In this document: positions 12,001-24,692 of the stretch, piece after piece | Position numbering within the stretch: the stretch's first letter is position 1 | Layout of the letters: the number at the start of each line of letters is the position of its first letter | Assembly (NCBI GenBank): GCA_951406725.2 | Contig: OX597818.1 | Location: 26,846,001-26,910,000 of the forward strand | DNA: 64,000 bases | Reading direction: 5' to 3' | Source of the DNA: Octopus vulgaris | Lineage: Eukaryota | Program-made: the position numbers and the translations under genes | The notes under the pieces: model-generated | Databases searched by the model: none | What the model saw: only the letters and a program-made list of their open reading frames with translations | What the model was told of the DNA's origin: nothing

Positions 12001-14940
12001 CATGTGCATGTCTCTATTTGTCCCCCTGCCAATGCTTGACAATCGATGCTGGTGTATTTGTCCCCATAACTCAGCAGTTCAGCAAAAGTGACCGATAGAA
12101 CAAGTACTAAGGCTTACAAAGAATAAATCCTGAGGTCAATTTATTTGACTGAAAACCCTTTAAAGGCAATGCTCCAGCATGGCCACAAATGATTGAAACA
12201 AGTAAAAGAATAAAAGAATCTAGTTCTTACTCAAGAAACATTTGTGCTCTGTAATGCTAGCAAATAATCTCTCATCTCATCTAGGTCGTCCCATAGGACA
12301 CCCAAGCAAATAAAGTTATGTAATAGATCAGTGGAGAATCAGCAACAGACTAAATACCTTGCAGTATTTAGCTGTATTAAGTGAAAGTCCCATTCTGATT
12401 GACTTTACCTTTTATTCTTCTCAAGATGGATAAAATAAGCGAATCAATTAGAGACTCCTCCACTCCCTATGAAAGGGTGGTCATGTATCAGTGTAAGAAA
12501 GCAATTATAGTGAGTGTCATCACATACAGGAATGAACTGTACTCAGTAAGTCAGTAGATATCATTGAATGACATCTACCATCACAAGAAGGCAACAATGT
12601 AATAATTATTGATCTTGTTATTGTTAAAGCAGAAATAAGTTTCGCTTGTAGAGACCAGAAGCATAGAGGTCACTCATCAAATATAGTTTTAAATCAGCAA
12701 TTTTATCTATGGCCATCTTGCATTTATTGATAAAAGAAATTCCAGGTATGGAAACAAAATCTGGAATCAAAGGGATTTAAGTTAACCAAGCAAAAATCAA
12801 AAGTTGTTGTTAGTAAAAAAGAAGATAAAATTCTTTCTGTCAGGTAAATGGCCCTGCTCAATATGTAGGAAAGGAGCTGGAAGAAATTCCATTCACTGCA
12901 CCCAGTGTAAACTATGGACACATAAGCGGTGCAGTGGAATCACTGGTAGGCTAACAGATAAAGTCGTCTTTGTATGCGGCAGATGTGCAGGAACAATAAG
13001 CACTAAGAGCACACGTGACTTAGATTCTCTCAAACATCCAGGTGGCTCTCTTGAGGTTGTAGATTCTTTCTGTTACTTAGGTGACCAAGTTAGCAATGGT
13101 GGAGGTTGCTCTAAAAGTATTGTTTCTAGAATAAGAATAGGGTGGAGGAAGTTTTCAAGAACTATTACCTCTCTTGGCAACAAAAGGACTCTATCTCAGA
13201 GTGAAAGGTAGACTGCATGATGCTTGTGTGCAAACAGCCATACTCCAAGGTAGTGAGACATGGGCTCTGAATGCAGAAGACATGCGTAGCTGGAGAGAAA
13301 TGAAGGCAGCATGCTCTGTAAAATGTGCAACATCTGTGTGCATGCACAACAAAATGCAAATGTATTGCGAGAAAAGTTGGGGAATCAAATGTAGCATGCA
13401 AGAGAGAAGACTACATTGGTTTGAACATGTAATGCATATAAATGAGGACAGCTGCATAAAGAAGTGCCATTAAGTGATTGTGTACCAGCAGCAGGAGACC
13501 CAGGAAGACATGGGATAAAGTAGTAAGGACCAATCTCAGGAAGTTGGCCCTCACAGAGGAAATGGCAACATATCAAGATGTCTGGTGAAATGAGGTTCTT
13601 GAGAAGACCTGCCCACGTTGACAAAACTGAGTTCTAGTTCTATGTCCCACCCACACACAGCAAAACTTCTCACACATCCTACCACTACAAACCAAACATC
13701 TCTCCCTCACATTTCCACTTCATGTACTATGCTTACCTCCCACTCCCCAATCCTGTCCTCTTGGCCCTGTATCACTGTACCATTGCTATCCACTAGCACC
13801 CAACCTGTGCGTTCCGCCCAACCATAACAAGAAAACTTTTCACATACACTGTCCCAACAAACCAAACTACATCTCTTCTCTTCCACACATTTCCTCCTTC
13901 ATTCACTATGCCTACCTCTCACTCCCCAATCCTGTCCTTACAGCCCTGTTTCTCTGTATCATTGCAATCTGGTAGCCCCCTCCTCTCTCTATATACCTGT
14001 TTTCACAACTCACTTCCCCTCCCCACTCTCTAATCATGCTTCTTTGGCAATATCCTACCACTTATATTATGACCCTTGAAACTCAAGGGTTATGTCCTGG
14101 CACTTGTCACCATCTATATATCTCTGCCTTTACTCGACCATCCCATATTTTGACGCCTGTCCCTTGTGAATATGCCCCCCACTCTCTCTCTCTTCCCCCT
14201 TCTCTTGCACTTCCCTCAGGTAGGGTAACCATGTTTCTCCTTTGCGGCAGCATACCTGTTTCTGTCCTCATTCTTGATATCTTTCTTTCTCCCTGATCGG
14301 GTAACCTTGTACCACCTCTACAGCAAAACATTTGTTTCTGTCTCACTATATAACTTTTCATCTGACACAAGATCACCTTCTCCAATGCCCTCTCCCCTCT
14401 CAAAAGACTTTTATGCAGGTGCCACTTAAAAGCATCTAGTCTACACTGTGAAGTGGTTGGCATTTGGAAGGGCATCTAGCTGTAATAAACTTGCCAAAAC
14501 TGACCTTACCTGTGCATGTACCATGAAAAAAGTACTATGTCCACTCTGATAGGTGGTTGGTGATAGGAAGGACATCCAACTGTAAAAGTCCTGCTAAAAC
14601 AGTCACAGAAGTCTGGTGTAGGCTTCTGCTTGGCTGGCTCCTGTCAAACCATCCCATCCATGCCAGCATGGAAGGCAGATGTTAAACGATGATAATGATG
14701 ATCCTGAATTTAAGAATCAAAACATCTTGCTCCCATTTTATTTACATGTACTTGATTTATTTTTAGCTTCTTAGATCTTCTCAGATGAAAAATATACCAC
14801 TACTATACCGGTATTTATTTTCTATTTCTAAATTTGGTACTTATTCTATCAGTCTCTTTTGCTGAACCACTAACTTACAGGAATGTAAAACAAACCAACA
14901 CTGGTTGTCAAGCATTTGAGAGAGAGGAATAAAAATAAAG

Positions 14941-14979
<39 letters not shown>

Positions 14980-17217
14980 CCAGTGCTGGTGCCACATAAA
15001 AAGTACTCAGTACACTCTGTGGAGTGGTTGGCATTTAAGAGGAGCATCTATCCATAGAAAACCTAGTGCAGCCCCTGGCCTTACCAGCTCTGGTCAAACT
15101 GTCCAACCCATGCCAGCATGGAAAACAGACATTAAATGATAATGATATATACACACAATCATACAACAGCTTCCACACAGTTTCCATCTACCAAATGCAT
15201 TCACAAGGCTTTGGTCAGCCCAGGGCTGTAGCACAAGACATGCCAAAAGTGTAGCACAGTGAGACTGAATCTGAAACAATTTTCTTTTTTTTTTTTCATT
15301 TTATCTAGTTTCAGCTCACAAGCTGTGGCCATGCTGGAGCACCGCCATTTATAGCTATTGGATATTTTCAATGTAAATCTTTCCTTGTTTCTTGTTTCAA
15401 TATACAGTAATGCATTTTGCTGAAAATTTTGTTTCTAATGATTAACATTTTAATTCTATTTTATTATATTTAACAACTATAAGCGTAGGAGTGGCTGTGT
15501 GGTAAATAGCTTGCTTACAAACCACATGGTTCCGGGTTGTCCCACTGCGTGGCACCTTGGGCAAGTGTTTTCTACTATAGCCTCAGGCCAATCAAAGCCT
15601 TGTGAGTGGATTTGTTAGACGGAAACTGAAAGAAGCCCGTCATATATGTATGTATGTGTGTGTGTATATATGTTTGTGTGTCTGTGTTTGTCTCACCAAC
15701 ATCGCTTGACAACCGATGCTGGTGTGTCTATGTCCCTGTAACTTAGTGGTTCAGCATAAGAGACTGACAGAATAAGTACTAGGCTTGCAAAGAATAAGTC
15801 ATGGGGTCAATTTGCTCGACTAAAGGCGGTGCTCCAGCATGGCCACAGTCAAATGACTGAAACAAGTAAAAGAGTAACTTTGAAACAAAAATATAATGTA
15901 GATATATTATTGACACTTTTTAACATTTCATATTTTTAATTCTAAGATTGTGATGGCATTTGTGATACTCGCACAAAAATACCAGAATAGCAATACTGAC
16001 GAACTGAAAAAGGAGCTTCAGGAACATGTCAAGTCCATTACAGCTCCTTACAAATATCCACGCCGAGTAAGTGATGGAAACAACTTTTTTTTTTTATCAG
16101 TTAACATTAACATTATACAATTTTTTTTTTTTAATAATCAATTATCTTGTAAATAATCAGTTACCTTCAAGTTTGAATGATTATAAAGGATCATCTTTTT
16201 ATTTTTTCTCCATTCTCCTTATAACAAAATGTTTCTTTCCTAAGTGCCAAGGGACCTCTTAAGAGTGACTACCTACAATTTGACGAGATAAATTGTCTCT
16301 CTAGATAAGACACCAATCTATTCTAATTTTATTCACACTAACACATGTATTATATATAATGGATCTCATAATCTAATGTGTCATTATTTTCCAGTTTAGT
16401 TACAGCCCATCTCTCCACTGCAAACTGATAAAGTATTGATTTAACAGCTCTGATACTATAAACAGCAACAAGTTATTCCTTCCTTCAGTACTTATTTAAA
16501 CATGGTGGACTGGCTATTTAAGAATTAAGTAACTTTGCTAAAAAAATCAAAAAAAATCACAGCTACAAAATATGAATCACTGACCATCTTCTGCAATCTA
16601 GTTTGATATTTAAAAACTGACATTACCTAAAAAAAGGTTTCTGTAGTCATTAATATTAAGCACATGCATAAGTGTAGGTGCCTGGGAATGGAACCATCAA
16701 TCAAAAAAGAGACAAGATGACAAAATAAGTATCAAATTTACTGTATCTCAGAAATTAAAAAGCACAAATGGGGCTCTTGCACATAAGACATACACTTGTG
16801 TGGGTGTGTATGACAAAGTCTGAGTAGAGCTGGATCAAGTAATAAATGCTTATCCTCCGCATCAGACATAGAACACAAGACAGTTAAAGCATAGTGTAAA
16901 TGCAAGTATAGTGTACCACAAAAAGTACTGATAGTTTACATTAGATTGTTTTGAATAAATCACCTTTCCATTAATAATTTTATTTTCCATGAACTTCATC
17001 TAACCTAAATAGTTCTTCATAGTTTCTATACATTTCACCTAACTTAAACAGGTTCATAATTTCCATAATATAAATTTGTTATTCATCATGGTACACCCAC
17101 CAACCCCCACTTTTTTTTTCTTTTTTGTAGATAAAATTTGTCACTGAACTGCCAAAGACAATCAGTGGAAAGATTCGGCGTGTTGAGCTGAGGAAACCTG
17201 AATGGCAAATTGACTGA
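291..17217 (+). CDS. ACSM3: Medium-chain acyl-CoA synthetase (ACSM family), 3' part; spliced CDS of 8 exons, 5' exons outside the window
   Basis: Exons 291-419, 762-836, 3513-3593, 6815-6916, 8508-8635, 10522-10621, 15947-16066, 17131-17217 join in frame at AG/GT sites. They give the ANL motifs [48 protein letters not shown] and LPKTISGKI. The family call is secure; the paralog number is not. Confidence 0.9.
762..836 (+). CDS. ACSM3: ACSM exon ([25 protein letters not shown])
   Basis: tttcag/gtatg; YGQTE motif. Confidence 0.92.
1760..1942 (-). mobile_element. tRNA-derived SINE fragment (same family as 19788-20115)
   Basis: Reverse complement carries ttgctccagtccactcagctg and a tRNA-like head. 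Confidence 0.6.
2150..2718 (+). mobile_element. Degenerate mariner (IS630-Tc1-mariner) transposase 3' half plus right TIR
   Basis: Frameshifted translation resembles [53 protein letters not shown]; ends ...tttcagctactccttgTA. Confidence 0.8.
2683..3189 (+). repeat. ~220-bp direct duplication (2683-2905 / 2972-3189)
   Basis: Near-identical blocks from ccaatgaaactttcagctac to ggtaaatagcagat. Confidence 0.9.
3513..3593 (+). CDS. ACSM3: ACSM exon ([27 protein letters not shown])
   Basis: ctttcag/gtaac; GSMGK motif. Confidence 0.9.
3655..3877. mobile_element. Mariner-type MITE with ~30-bp TIRs and TA ends
   Basis: tatgaggtgggtgctgaaaagttgctggttt matches the reverse complement of aagccaggtactgttcagcaccctacatgta. 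Confidence 0.7.
4297..4676 (-). mobile_element. tRNA-derived SINE, near full length
   Basis: Reverse complement of the family at 15482-15876 and 48817-49212. Confidence 0.85.
4750..5960 (+). mobile_element. Penelope-like retroelement relic (RT C-terminus, GIY-YIG endonuclease region, terminal repeat region)
   Basis: Decayed frames [71 protein letters not shown] typical of PLE ORFs; hammerhead-like motif at 5859-5919. Confidence 0.7.
6028..6070. repeat. (TA)n microsatellite
   Basis: Direct reading. Confidence 0.95.
6815..6916 (+). CDS. ACSM3: ACSM exon ([34 protein letters not shown])
   Basis: aatag/gtaag; RPVGLF..Y motif. Confidence 0.9.
7069..7423 (-). mobile_element. tRNA-derived SINE
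   Basis: Reverse complement of the main SINE family. Confidence 0.8.
7908..8280 (+). mobile_element. tRNA-derived SINE
   Basis: gctgtgtggtaagaagcttgcttcc..gggttcagtcc head; ..ctgaaacaagtaaaaga tail. Confidence 0.85.
8508..8635 (+). CDS. ACSM3: ACSM exon ([43 protein letters not shown])
   Basis: ttccag/gttag; phase 2 end; TGD and GRxDD motifs. Confidence 0.93.
8684..10040 (+). mobile_element. Cluster of tandem and nested SINEs, with a second SINE family nested at 8830-9057
   Basis: Repeated SINE heads near 8684, 9298 and 9472; nested element gctggcagaa..gagttcaaattcc..gtcgactt flanked by a degenerate 18-bp direct repeat. Confidence 0.8.
10522..10621 (+). CDS. ACSM3: ACSM exon ([33 protein letters not shown])
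   Basis: ttttcag/gtaag; lies inside ORF 10463-10651. Confidence 0.95.
12720..13620 (+). mobile_element. RTE-type LINE fragment (RT C-terminus with Cys/His finger insert), frameshifted
   Basis: [27 protein letters not shown]; [12 protein letters not shown]; RIRIGWRKF; [14 protein letters not shown]; [10 protein letters not shown]. Confidence 0.85.
15482..15876 (+). mobile_element. tRNA-derived SINE, full length
   Basis: A/B-box-like head, internal (TG)n, tail ggcggtgctccagcatggcc..gaaacaagtaaaaga. Confidence 0.88.
15947..16066 (+). CDS. ACSM3: ACSM exon ([40 protein letters not shown])
   Basis: tctaag/gtaag; TAPYKYPR. Confidence 0.93.
17131..17217 (+). CDS. ACSM3: ACSM last coding exon ([28 protein letters not shown])
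   Basis: ttttgtag acceptor; motif with the catalytic Lys; TGA at 17215-17217. Confidence 0.93.
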   Translation: MKFVTELPKTISGKIRRVELRKPEWQID

Positions 17218-17564
17218 AATATATACTTGGAAATATACTAATACTGTTATACGTCTTTGCAATTCTCAGTCTCTTAACCATATCAAACATTTACTAAAAC
17301 ATTTATACACCCTTGCAATTCTCAGTCACTTAATGCTATCAAACATTTAACAAGACAGCTTTGCAAAGATTCATGCACAAACATGTTAGCTGCCAACCTA
17401 CTTTTAAAATACTGTTTATTCATTACCTTACATCTAATATAATCTTGAGATCTTAGCACTTATTTCATCAACTTCCAAGATTAAATCTATCAAAATAGTA
17501 TTTAGACTGCATGACTAAAGACTGAACTTGAATTGATTTTTCCAAATGCTAACCTACAATTCAA

Positions 17565-17570
17565 AATAAA
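17565..17570 (+). terminator. Candidate polyadenylation signal of the ACSM gene
   Basis: First AATAAA seen after the stop, about 350 nt downstream. Confidence 0.4.
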
Positions 17571-19787
17571 GCTTATCTATACTAACTGTCACACAAATAT
17601 AGTACAAGAAGTTTTTCATCAATCTATGTCATCTTTAACAAACTAACAAATGAAATCTGTGAAATCTGCTTCCATTATTCAGAATTTTGTGCAGTTTCTG
17701 CTGCAAAATTAATGTTACCACCTTTAATTTCTCATTATAGAAAATATATAAAACGATATTAAACCAGATTAAATCTATTTTTTGAAAAATCATTTTGTTT
17801 TTATGCTCATTTTTCCATGCTAGAATGGGTTAGATAAATATATTCTTCAGGCATTGTTTTACAGTCAGATGCCCTTCCTATCACTAACCCTTACTACTTT
17901 TTCAAGGAAACTTATTTTGCATGTACACACATACACATGATGAGCTGCTTTCAGTTTTCATTGACCAAATCCACTCACAAGGCTTTGGTCAGCATGGGGA
18001 TATAGGAGATACTTGCCCAAGGGACTGTACAGTGGGACAGAACACCAAATCATGCAGTTGAGAAGCAAACTTCTCAACCACACTGCCATGTCTGGACCTT
18101 TATATAAACTCTCTAGAAATCCCCACAAGATCAACTTTGCCTTTCATCCTTCTGAAATCAATTGTCACATACTAGACTTGATTTATATATAAGGCATCAT
18201 AGATGTCGATGGAATACATACAATAGTAGACATTTAACAAGCTGACAGTGTTGAGAGCAGTTTTCCAATTGCACCACAACTATACAGATGCAATATGATA
18301 CAATTTTTAGCCCAAAATCATAAGCTGAAAATACTGAAATATAGAAAACCTCCAAAAAATTAATTAGTTCTCTCTCACAGTCACTAAAATAATATACCAT
18401 TAAATAATCTGATTGACCCAAGAAAACACTCAGATATTCAATTTGCTGTGAGGCTAATAATACCCCTACCCTGTTTTCAATAACTTAAACAGTTACTTTA
18501 CGGTGCCCTGGTTTATAATATTTCTTACAAGCAGAACCATTTATACTTTCTGTCCTTAAATTTCACTACTTAAAATTACAAAATTTCCAAAGGATGTATA
18601 CAACATGAAACACTATTAAAATGACTACCATATTAAAGTTTTAGTAGATGTTAATTTAAGAAAAATATTTTGTCCAGCTGCATTTTGAAATTAATTTTAG
18701 AAAAAATTTCTCCCACTGAAAGATATTACTTCAGTCCTCATTGCTTCAACTTTGTCTCATCCTCTTAAAACACTACCACCCCTTTTCATTTAAATGTCAT
18801 TATCATGACAGTGCTGAACAGTGTAAATCAAATCAACTTGTCTCAAAATCATATATAAGAAAATCAATAAGTAGTTTCCCTATAAACTATTATAAGTCAT
18901 TTACTTTCAGTTAATCTGAACATCTCAAGATTCATTCATATAGCCATTTGTTGTTGGTTTTTTGGGGGGTTTTTTATGTTGTTCTTTAATTTTAATAATC
19001 CTGATCAAGGGTGTTCCAACCAGAACCATCTTATCTTTTAGGACTATACAGGAATACGTAATCTGATGTGTCTTGCTTTTCAAGACAGTAGGGAGTGAGT
19101 CAAGGGAGATTTGGCTGTTATTTCCAGCCAGTCAAGTAAACACACAGGCTTCCTCAATGGCTTGTCCTTAAATTTGATTACTTTGATTAGCAACATGGCT
19201 ATTCAGAACAATGATGATAATGACAGTAAGTACACTGATTAAAATGGATAAATCATTTAGGCTTTTCAATAAATCATGTTTGTGGAGGTAGAAAGTCAAA
19301 CACAAAGCTTACAGCCATTATAGAATGTTCTATCAATATTTATTTCGTATTTGGATTTAAGTTTCTTTTCAAAACTATGACTACCTAAAACAATACAACT
19401 CTGTCTTCATGAGGATGTTTAATAATGAACTAATTTGATGAACTAAATTAGAATTGATATCAGCATAATGCATGCATGGATGAAGCGTTTGAACAACTGC
19501 AACAAGAAGAGAGAAAAATAAAATATGTTTTCGGATGGAGTTACAAATAGAATAGTGATTAGAAAGAGACTGAAGAAATATATGGTCAGAACAAATGAGA
19601 TTTCCTTTCAGGTAAAAGGTAGGCAACATAAGCTATGTTTTAGAAATGTTACTGCTGGAATATTAGAAAAGAATGAAGAGAATCTAGAGGGAAAGGTATA
19701 TACACTTTGGATGCAGTGTTAAATATGTGAGACAGTAACTAGGCACCAACGGCTGTGTCTGATGACAATATCCATTGAGATATATGT

Positions 19788-20115
19788 GAAGGTGCATTGC
19801 TCAGTGGTTAGAGCATCAGGCTCGTAATCATAAGGTAATGAGTTTGGTTCCTGAACCGGGCTGTTTGTTGTGTTCTTTATTCCATGTTGCTCCAGTTCAC
19901 TCAGCTGTAGAAATGAGTTGCAATGTCACTGGTGCCAAGCTGTGTTGATCTTTGCCTTTTCCTTGGATAATATCAGTGGCGCGGAGAGGGGAGGCTGGTG
20001 TGCATGGGTGACTGCTGGTCTTCCATAAACAACCTTGCTCAGACTTGTATCTTGGAGGGTAGCTTTCTAGGTGCAATACCATGGTCTGTGTCGTGACCAA
20101 AGGGGGGGGTCTTTA
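19788..20115 (+). mobile_element. tRNA-derived SINE (third family) in the intergenic/3' UTR region
   Basis: ctcagtggttagagca A-box-like head; core ttgctccagttcactcagctg. Confidence 0.7.
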
Positions 20116-20530
20116 TACAATACAAATCGCACATAAATTGATGGTAGAAAGTAGTTATGCAAATGCAGACTAAGGAAGGCTTGTAGGGAATAGAAAAACT
20201 AATTAGGAGAGATGTGAGAACATTGGATATTACATATGAAGTAATGCTAGACTCAAATGAATTACAATGTATCTAAACAGATTAATATGGAATAATGCTA
20301 AGATAGGAAAAAAGGACAAGACCAATAATAGTGATAAGTGCATGTATGCACATATAATAGAAAAACATATTCCAATAAAACAAAAGTAACATTTTAATAT
20401 CAATAACAGCCACTGATAACTAAGAGAACATAAAACAGCAAGAATTTTTGCTTCTGGGTATGTTATCTGTTTTTTAATGCAAATATTGGCATTTCAAAAT
20501 AGATAATAACATGGTATTTTAACAGAGACA

Positions 20531-20536
20531 TTTATT
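20531..20536 (-). terminator. Candidate polyadenylation signal of SMC4
   Basis: tttatt on + is AATAAA on -, about 310 nt past the stop. Confidence 0.35.
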
Positions 20537-20842
20537 TTTCGGTTGTAATATAATTCAGTTCTATATCATCTCAAATTGATTTTTGGATGTTTAGCTATAA
20601 ATGAATGGAATAGTGAAATATATATATATACACATAGATCTTCAAAAGAGAAAGGCATTAAGCTCAAAAGTTCTTCGATGTCTTAACTCCTTAGCAACAA
20701 CTTGCATTGTCACAGTTAAATCACATTCAAACATTATTTGATCACAGTCATACCAAAGTGAAGAGTAACTTGTGTAGAGTAGAAATAAAATCCAATCCAA
20801 AAAGATAAAGTGAGAGTAAGAAAAGAATAATATAAAATGTTT

Positions 20843-21004
20843 CTATGCATCACATTCCAACAGTGTTTTACTCAACTTCTGAGGATTAATTGTCAATGAT
20901 TTAGTACAATTGTCAGTCTTGTAAATTCCCACCAGTCTATCTGCCAATTCAAACATGTTATTTCGAAGAGAGATTATGATAAACTGGGCATTTTTTGTCC
21001 GTTC
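20843..21004 (-). CDS. SMC4: SMC4 coding exon 26 (ERTKNAQFIIISLRNNMFE..LLECDA*)
   Basis: ttgcag acceptor; TAG at 20845-20843. Confidence 0.93.
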   Translation of the reverse strand, partial: ERTKNAQFIIISLRNNMFELADRLVGIYKTDNCTKSLTINPQKLSKTLLECDA

Positions 21005-24000
21005 CTGCAATAAAAATTATTATAAACTTATACTATTTACTTATATATGAAATACTATTATAATTGCATTAATTTAAAACAAAAATTGCAAATAGACACA
21101 ACTTCCAAAAAAAAAAATGATACTATTCCACAGGTATGTGACAAAGTGAATATAAGAATAATTCTGTAATCATGATAAATTTTTTTAAATGTTTATAATA
21201 AAAGTTATGGACTAGTAAAAACAAACAATTGTAGAAAAGGCATAGGTAGAAACTCCATAAGATGTACCTGGTGTAAGCTATGGACACATAAGAGATGCAG
21301 CAATATCAGAAGAAGGTTAGCAGGGAAGATAGTTTTTGTGTGTAGAAGGTACACAAGTACAATAAACACCAAAAATATACAGAAAATAGATTCCATCACA
21401 TACCAAGGGGAAAAACTAGAAGTAGTTGATAGCTTCCATTACCTAGGTGACCAAGTCAATAGCACATGTGGATACTCTGAGAACATAGCTGCTAGAATAA
21501 GAATAGCCTGGACAAAGTTCAGAGAGCTCTTACCTCTGCTGGTGACAAAGGGCCTCTCGCTCAGAATAAAAGGCAGACTGTATGATGCATGTGTATGAAC
21601 AGCCATGCTACATGGCAGTAAAACATGGATTGTGACTGCTGAGGACATGCATAGGCTTGTAAGAAATAAAGCTAGTATGCTCTGCTGGATGTATAATGTC
21701 AGTGTGCTTGCATGACAGAGTGTAAGCATCCTGAGAGAAAAGTCGGACATAAGAAGCATCAGATACGGTATGCAAGAGAGACAACTGCGCTGGTATGGTC
21801 AAGCGATGCATATGGATGTGGACAACTGTGTGACGAAGTATCGCACACTCTAATGGTGGAGGGAACTTGTGGAAAAAGTAGATCCAGGAAGACATGGGAT
21901 GAGGTGGTGAAGCATGATCCTTGAATGTTGGGCTTCACAGAGGCAATAACAAGCAACCAAGACCTTTGGAGATATGCCGTGCTTGAGAAGACCTGTCAAA
22001 CCAGTGTTACATAGCTAGCCCGTCAAAAGCACCCTTCAATCATTGGGTGATATGGTGTGCTTGTGAAGACCAGTTGAACAAGTGAAATTGTAATCGTGGC
22101 CAATGACAGTGCTGTGCACTGGCACAAAAAAAATCACCATTCATATGTTGGGCCTGCCTCATGGAGGCAGTGACGTCAAGTGAGATCATAGTCGTGGCCA
22201 ATGACAGTGTCACATAACTGGCCCATTAAAAGCATCCTTCAATTGTTGGGCAATATGCTGAGCTTGAGTTTTCAGTCAAACCGTTCGACCCATGCCAACA
22301 TGGAAAGCAGATGTTAAACGAGAAATCAAAACATTTGAATTTTTTTTTCTTTTCTGGTGTTGTCTATTCAGAACAAAGAAAAAGTATATATATTTTTAAT
22401 AGTTTATAATAAAATAACTACAATAGATAAAACAATAGCTGTTTATCCATTTTGAAATATTTGAATACTATGTTTAGCCAGCCAACATTGAATTATTCAT
22501 TCTCATACATCCACTCTTACAATTCTGCTTTATGCTAACGATAGATTTTCATAGTTTCTTCAACATATGAAGGATAAAAATCATCAAAAGGCAGTTTTTT
22601 TTTTTTATCTTACCTTAATATAGTTAGCAACAATGGAGACATTTTTGAAATCCAAAGCAGCATCAATCTCATCCATGACATAAAGAGGAGTTGGCTTGAA
22701 GTGATGCAAAGCAAATACCAAAGCTAAAGAACTAAGTGTTTTCTCTCCACCAGACAGGTTGGATATATTCTTCCAAGATTTCTTTGGTGGACGAACACTG
22801 GAATTTAAAAAATTATTATTTTGTTAATTAAACAAAATTATGAATTATATTTAGTAATATTGCTTAAGGAGAAAAGGATTAATTCGTATCAAGTTAGCCT
22901 TAAAACCATTCGCAAAAATAATTTACTTCAAAAATACAAAGCTAGTATTTATTGAAAAACTGTGGGCTAATCCTTTTCATAACTTAAGCATATCAGAAGA
23001 AATACATTTTTGTATGAACTGTATTAATTGAAAAAATACAAACTAAAAAATACTTTCATAGTAATATAGCAGAGAGATAACTGTATGAACCAACACATTA
23101 CTTTTATGCTGCTAAACAATCACATCGAGGTCTCATAAGACATGCTATTTCAGTAATATCTATTTAAGCTGTGTGAATCAACACATGATTCTTTAAATAT
23201 TGGTTGTGGTTAATTCAGCATTAACTTCTAAATATTTTTTATAGCTGCAATTAGAAATAAAGAGAATATCTAATTCTTTATCTGTCAGGCATTTACTCAT
23301 CTCTTCTGAAGTTGGCCACCAACAGTTTATATTTATGTATTTGTTTCACTTATCTATACTAAATAAAATCTATCTATAAGAATACACATACTGTTATATA
23401 TTACATGCTGCTATTCCATTTCAGTATTTATTTCTTTTGATTCTCACTGATAAAAGCTCTATATTATGAAATTTAAAGTCAACATTATCCAGATTTACAT
23501 CTGGATAATCTACTTTATGCTAAAACATTTACAAATTTGCATTGTTTCATTTAGAATCCATGACACTTGAGCAATTTTTAATAGACATGTTTCCTCATTC
23601 TTGCATATAGATTTAAACATTCTGTGTTATGAGGATCACCATTATCATCATTGTTTCAATGTCTACTTTTCCATGTTTACATGGGTCAGATGAGATTTTG
23701 TCAAGGCAGAATTTTCTATGGTCAGATATCCATCCTGTCACCAAACTTGTTTCCAACAGGGTAATAATCCCTCCTGCTTATTGAACAAGACCAGGGGATG
23801 GTTTTACAGAAAGGCAAATAAACTCCTTTGTATGAGCAATAATGCTTTGTTTACAGTCAGTGTGCACATGTCAAGAAGCTTGTGATATGCAATGTTAAAT
23901 TTTAAAGCATTAGAACAAACTTACTCTGTACAAGTGTAATGCATGGTGAATAAAGGCAGAAAGAACTTCTGAGTAAGAATTTCAGATAGAAATAATTACC

Positions 24001-24658
24001 TGAAGACAATACCCTCAGAAAAGGGATCTAGAGAATCAACAAGTTCTAATTCAGCATCTCCTCCAAGTGTGATCATTTGATACATCTCCTTGAGTCTGTT
24101 AGTAATTGTACTGAAGCCTGTCATGAACTCATCCAGGCGCTGTTTCCTTAAATCTTCAAACATTTGCTTCTGTTGGTCACGGCAATCAGTAATCTGATCC
24201 ATCTCTGCAACTCTTTTCAAATAAACAGCTTCCTGTATAAAACACAGACAAGAAAAGAAATTTCAAAAATATTTTCAACCAACCACATCATAGCAGAGTT
24301 GGTCAGGCAGATCTTAGAACACACACACACACACACACAACAGGCAACCAAATTCAGTCACATGGTTTTGGTTGGCCTAGAGCAATAACAGAAGACACTT
24401 GCTGAAGATACCACACAGTAGGACTGAACCTGAAACTATATGACTGGGAAGCAAACATCTTAACCACATCTGCATATTTTATTCATATATATGTTTAAAT
24501 AGTTCTATTTCCCCACCCTCTGCCTTTCAGTGACTCTCTCCAGATTCTCACCACCCTTGTCTTTCTCGCTTTCAAATTTCCTTAATAAAGGATAGCACTG
24601 GGCCCCTTCTCTACATCCATATCATCATTCTTCTTCTTAGTAGTAGTAGTAGTAGTAG

Positions 24659-24692
<34 letters not shown>

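Noticed and set aside
12804-13473. Nested host zinc-finger gene
   Set aside because: Frameshifted and present in four decayed copies in the window; LINE-derived.
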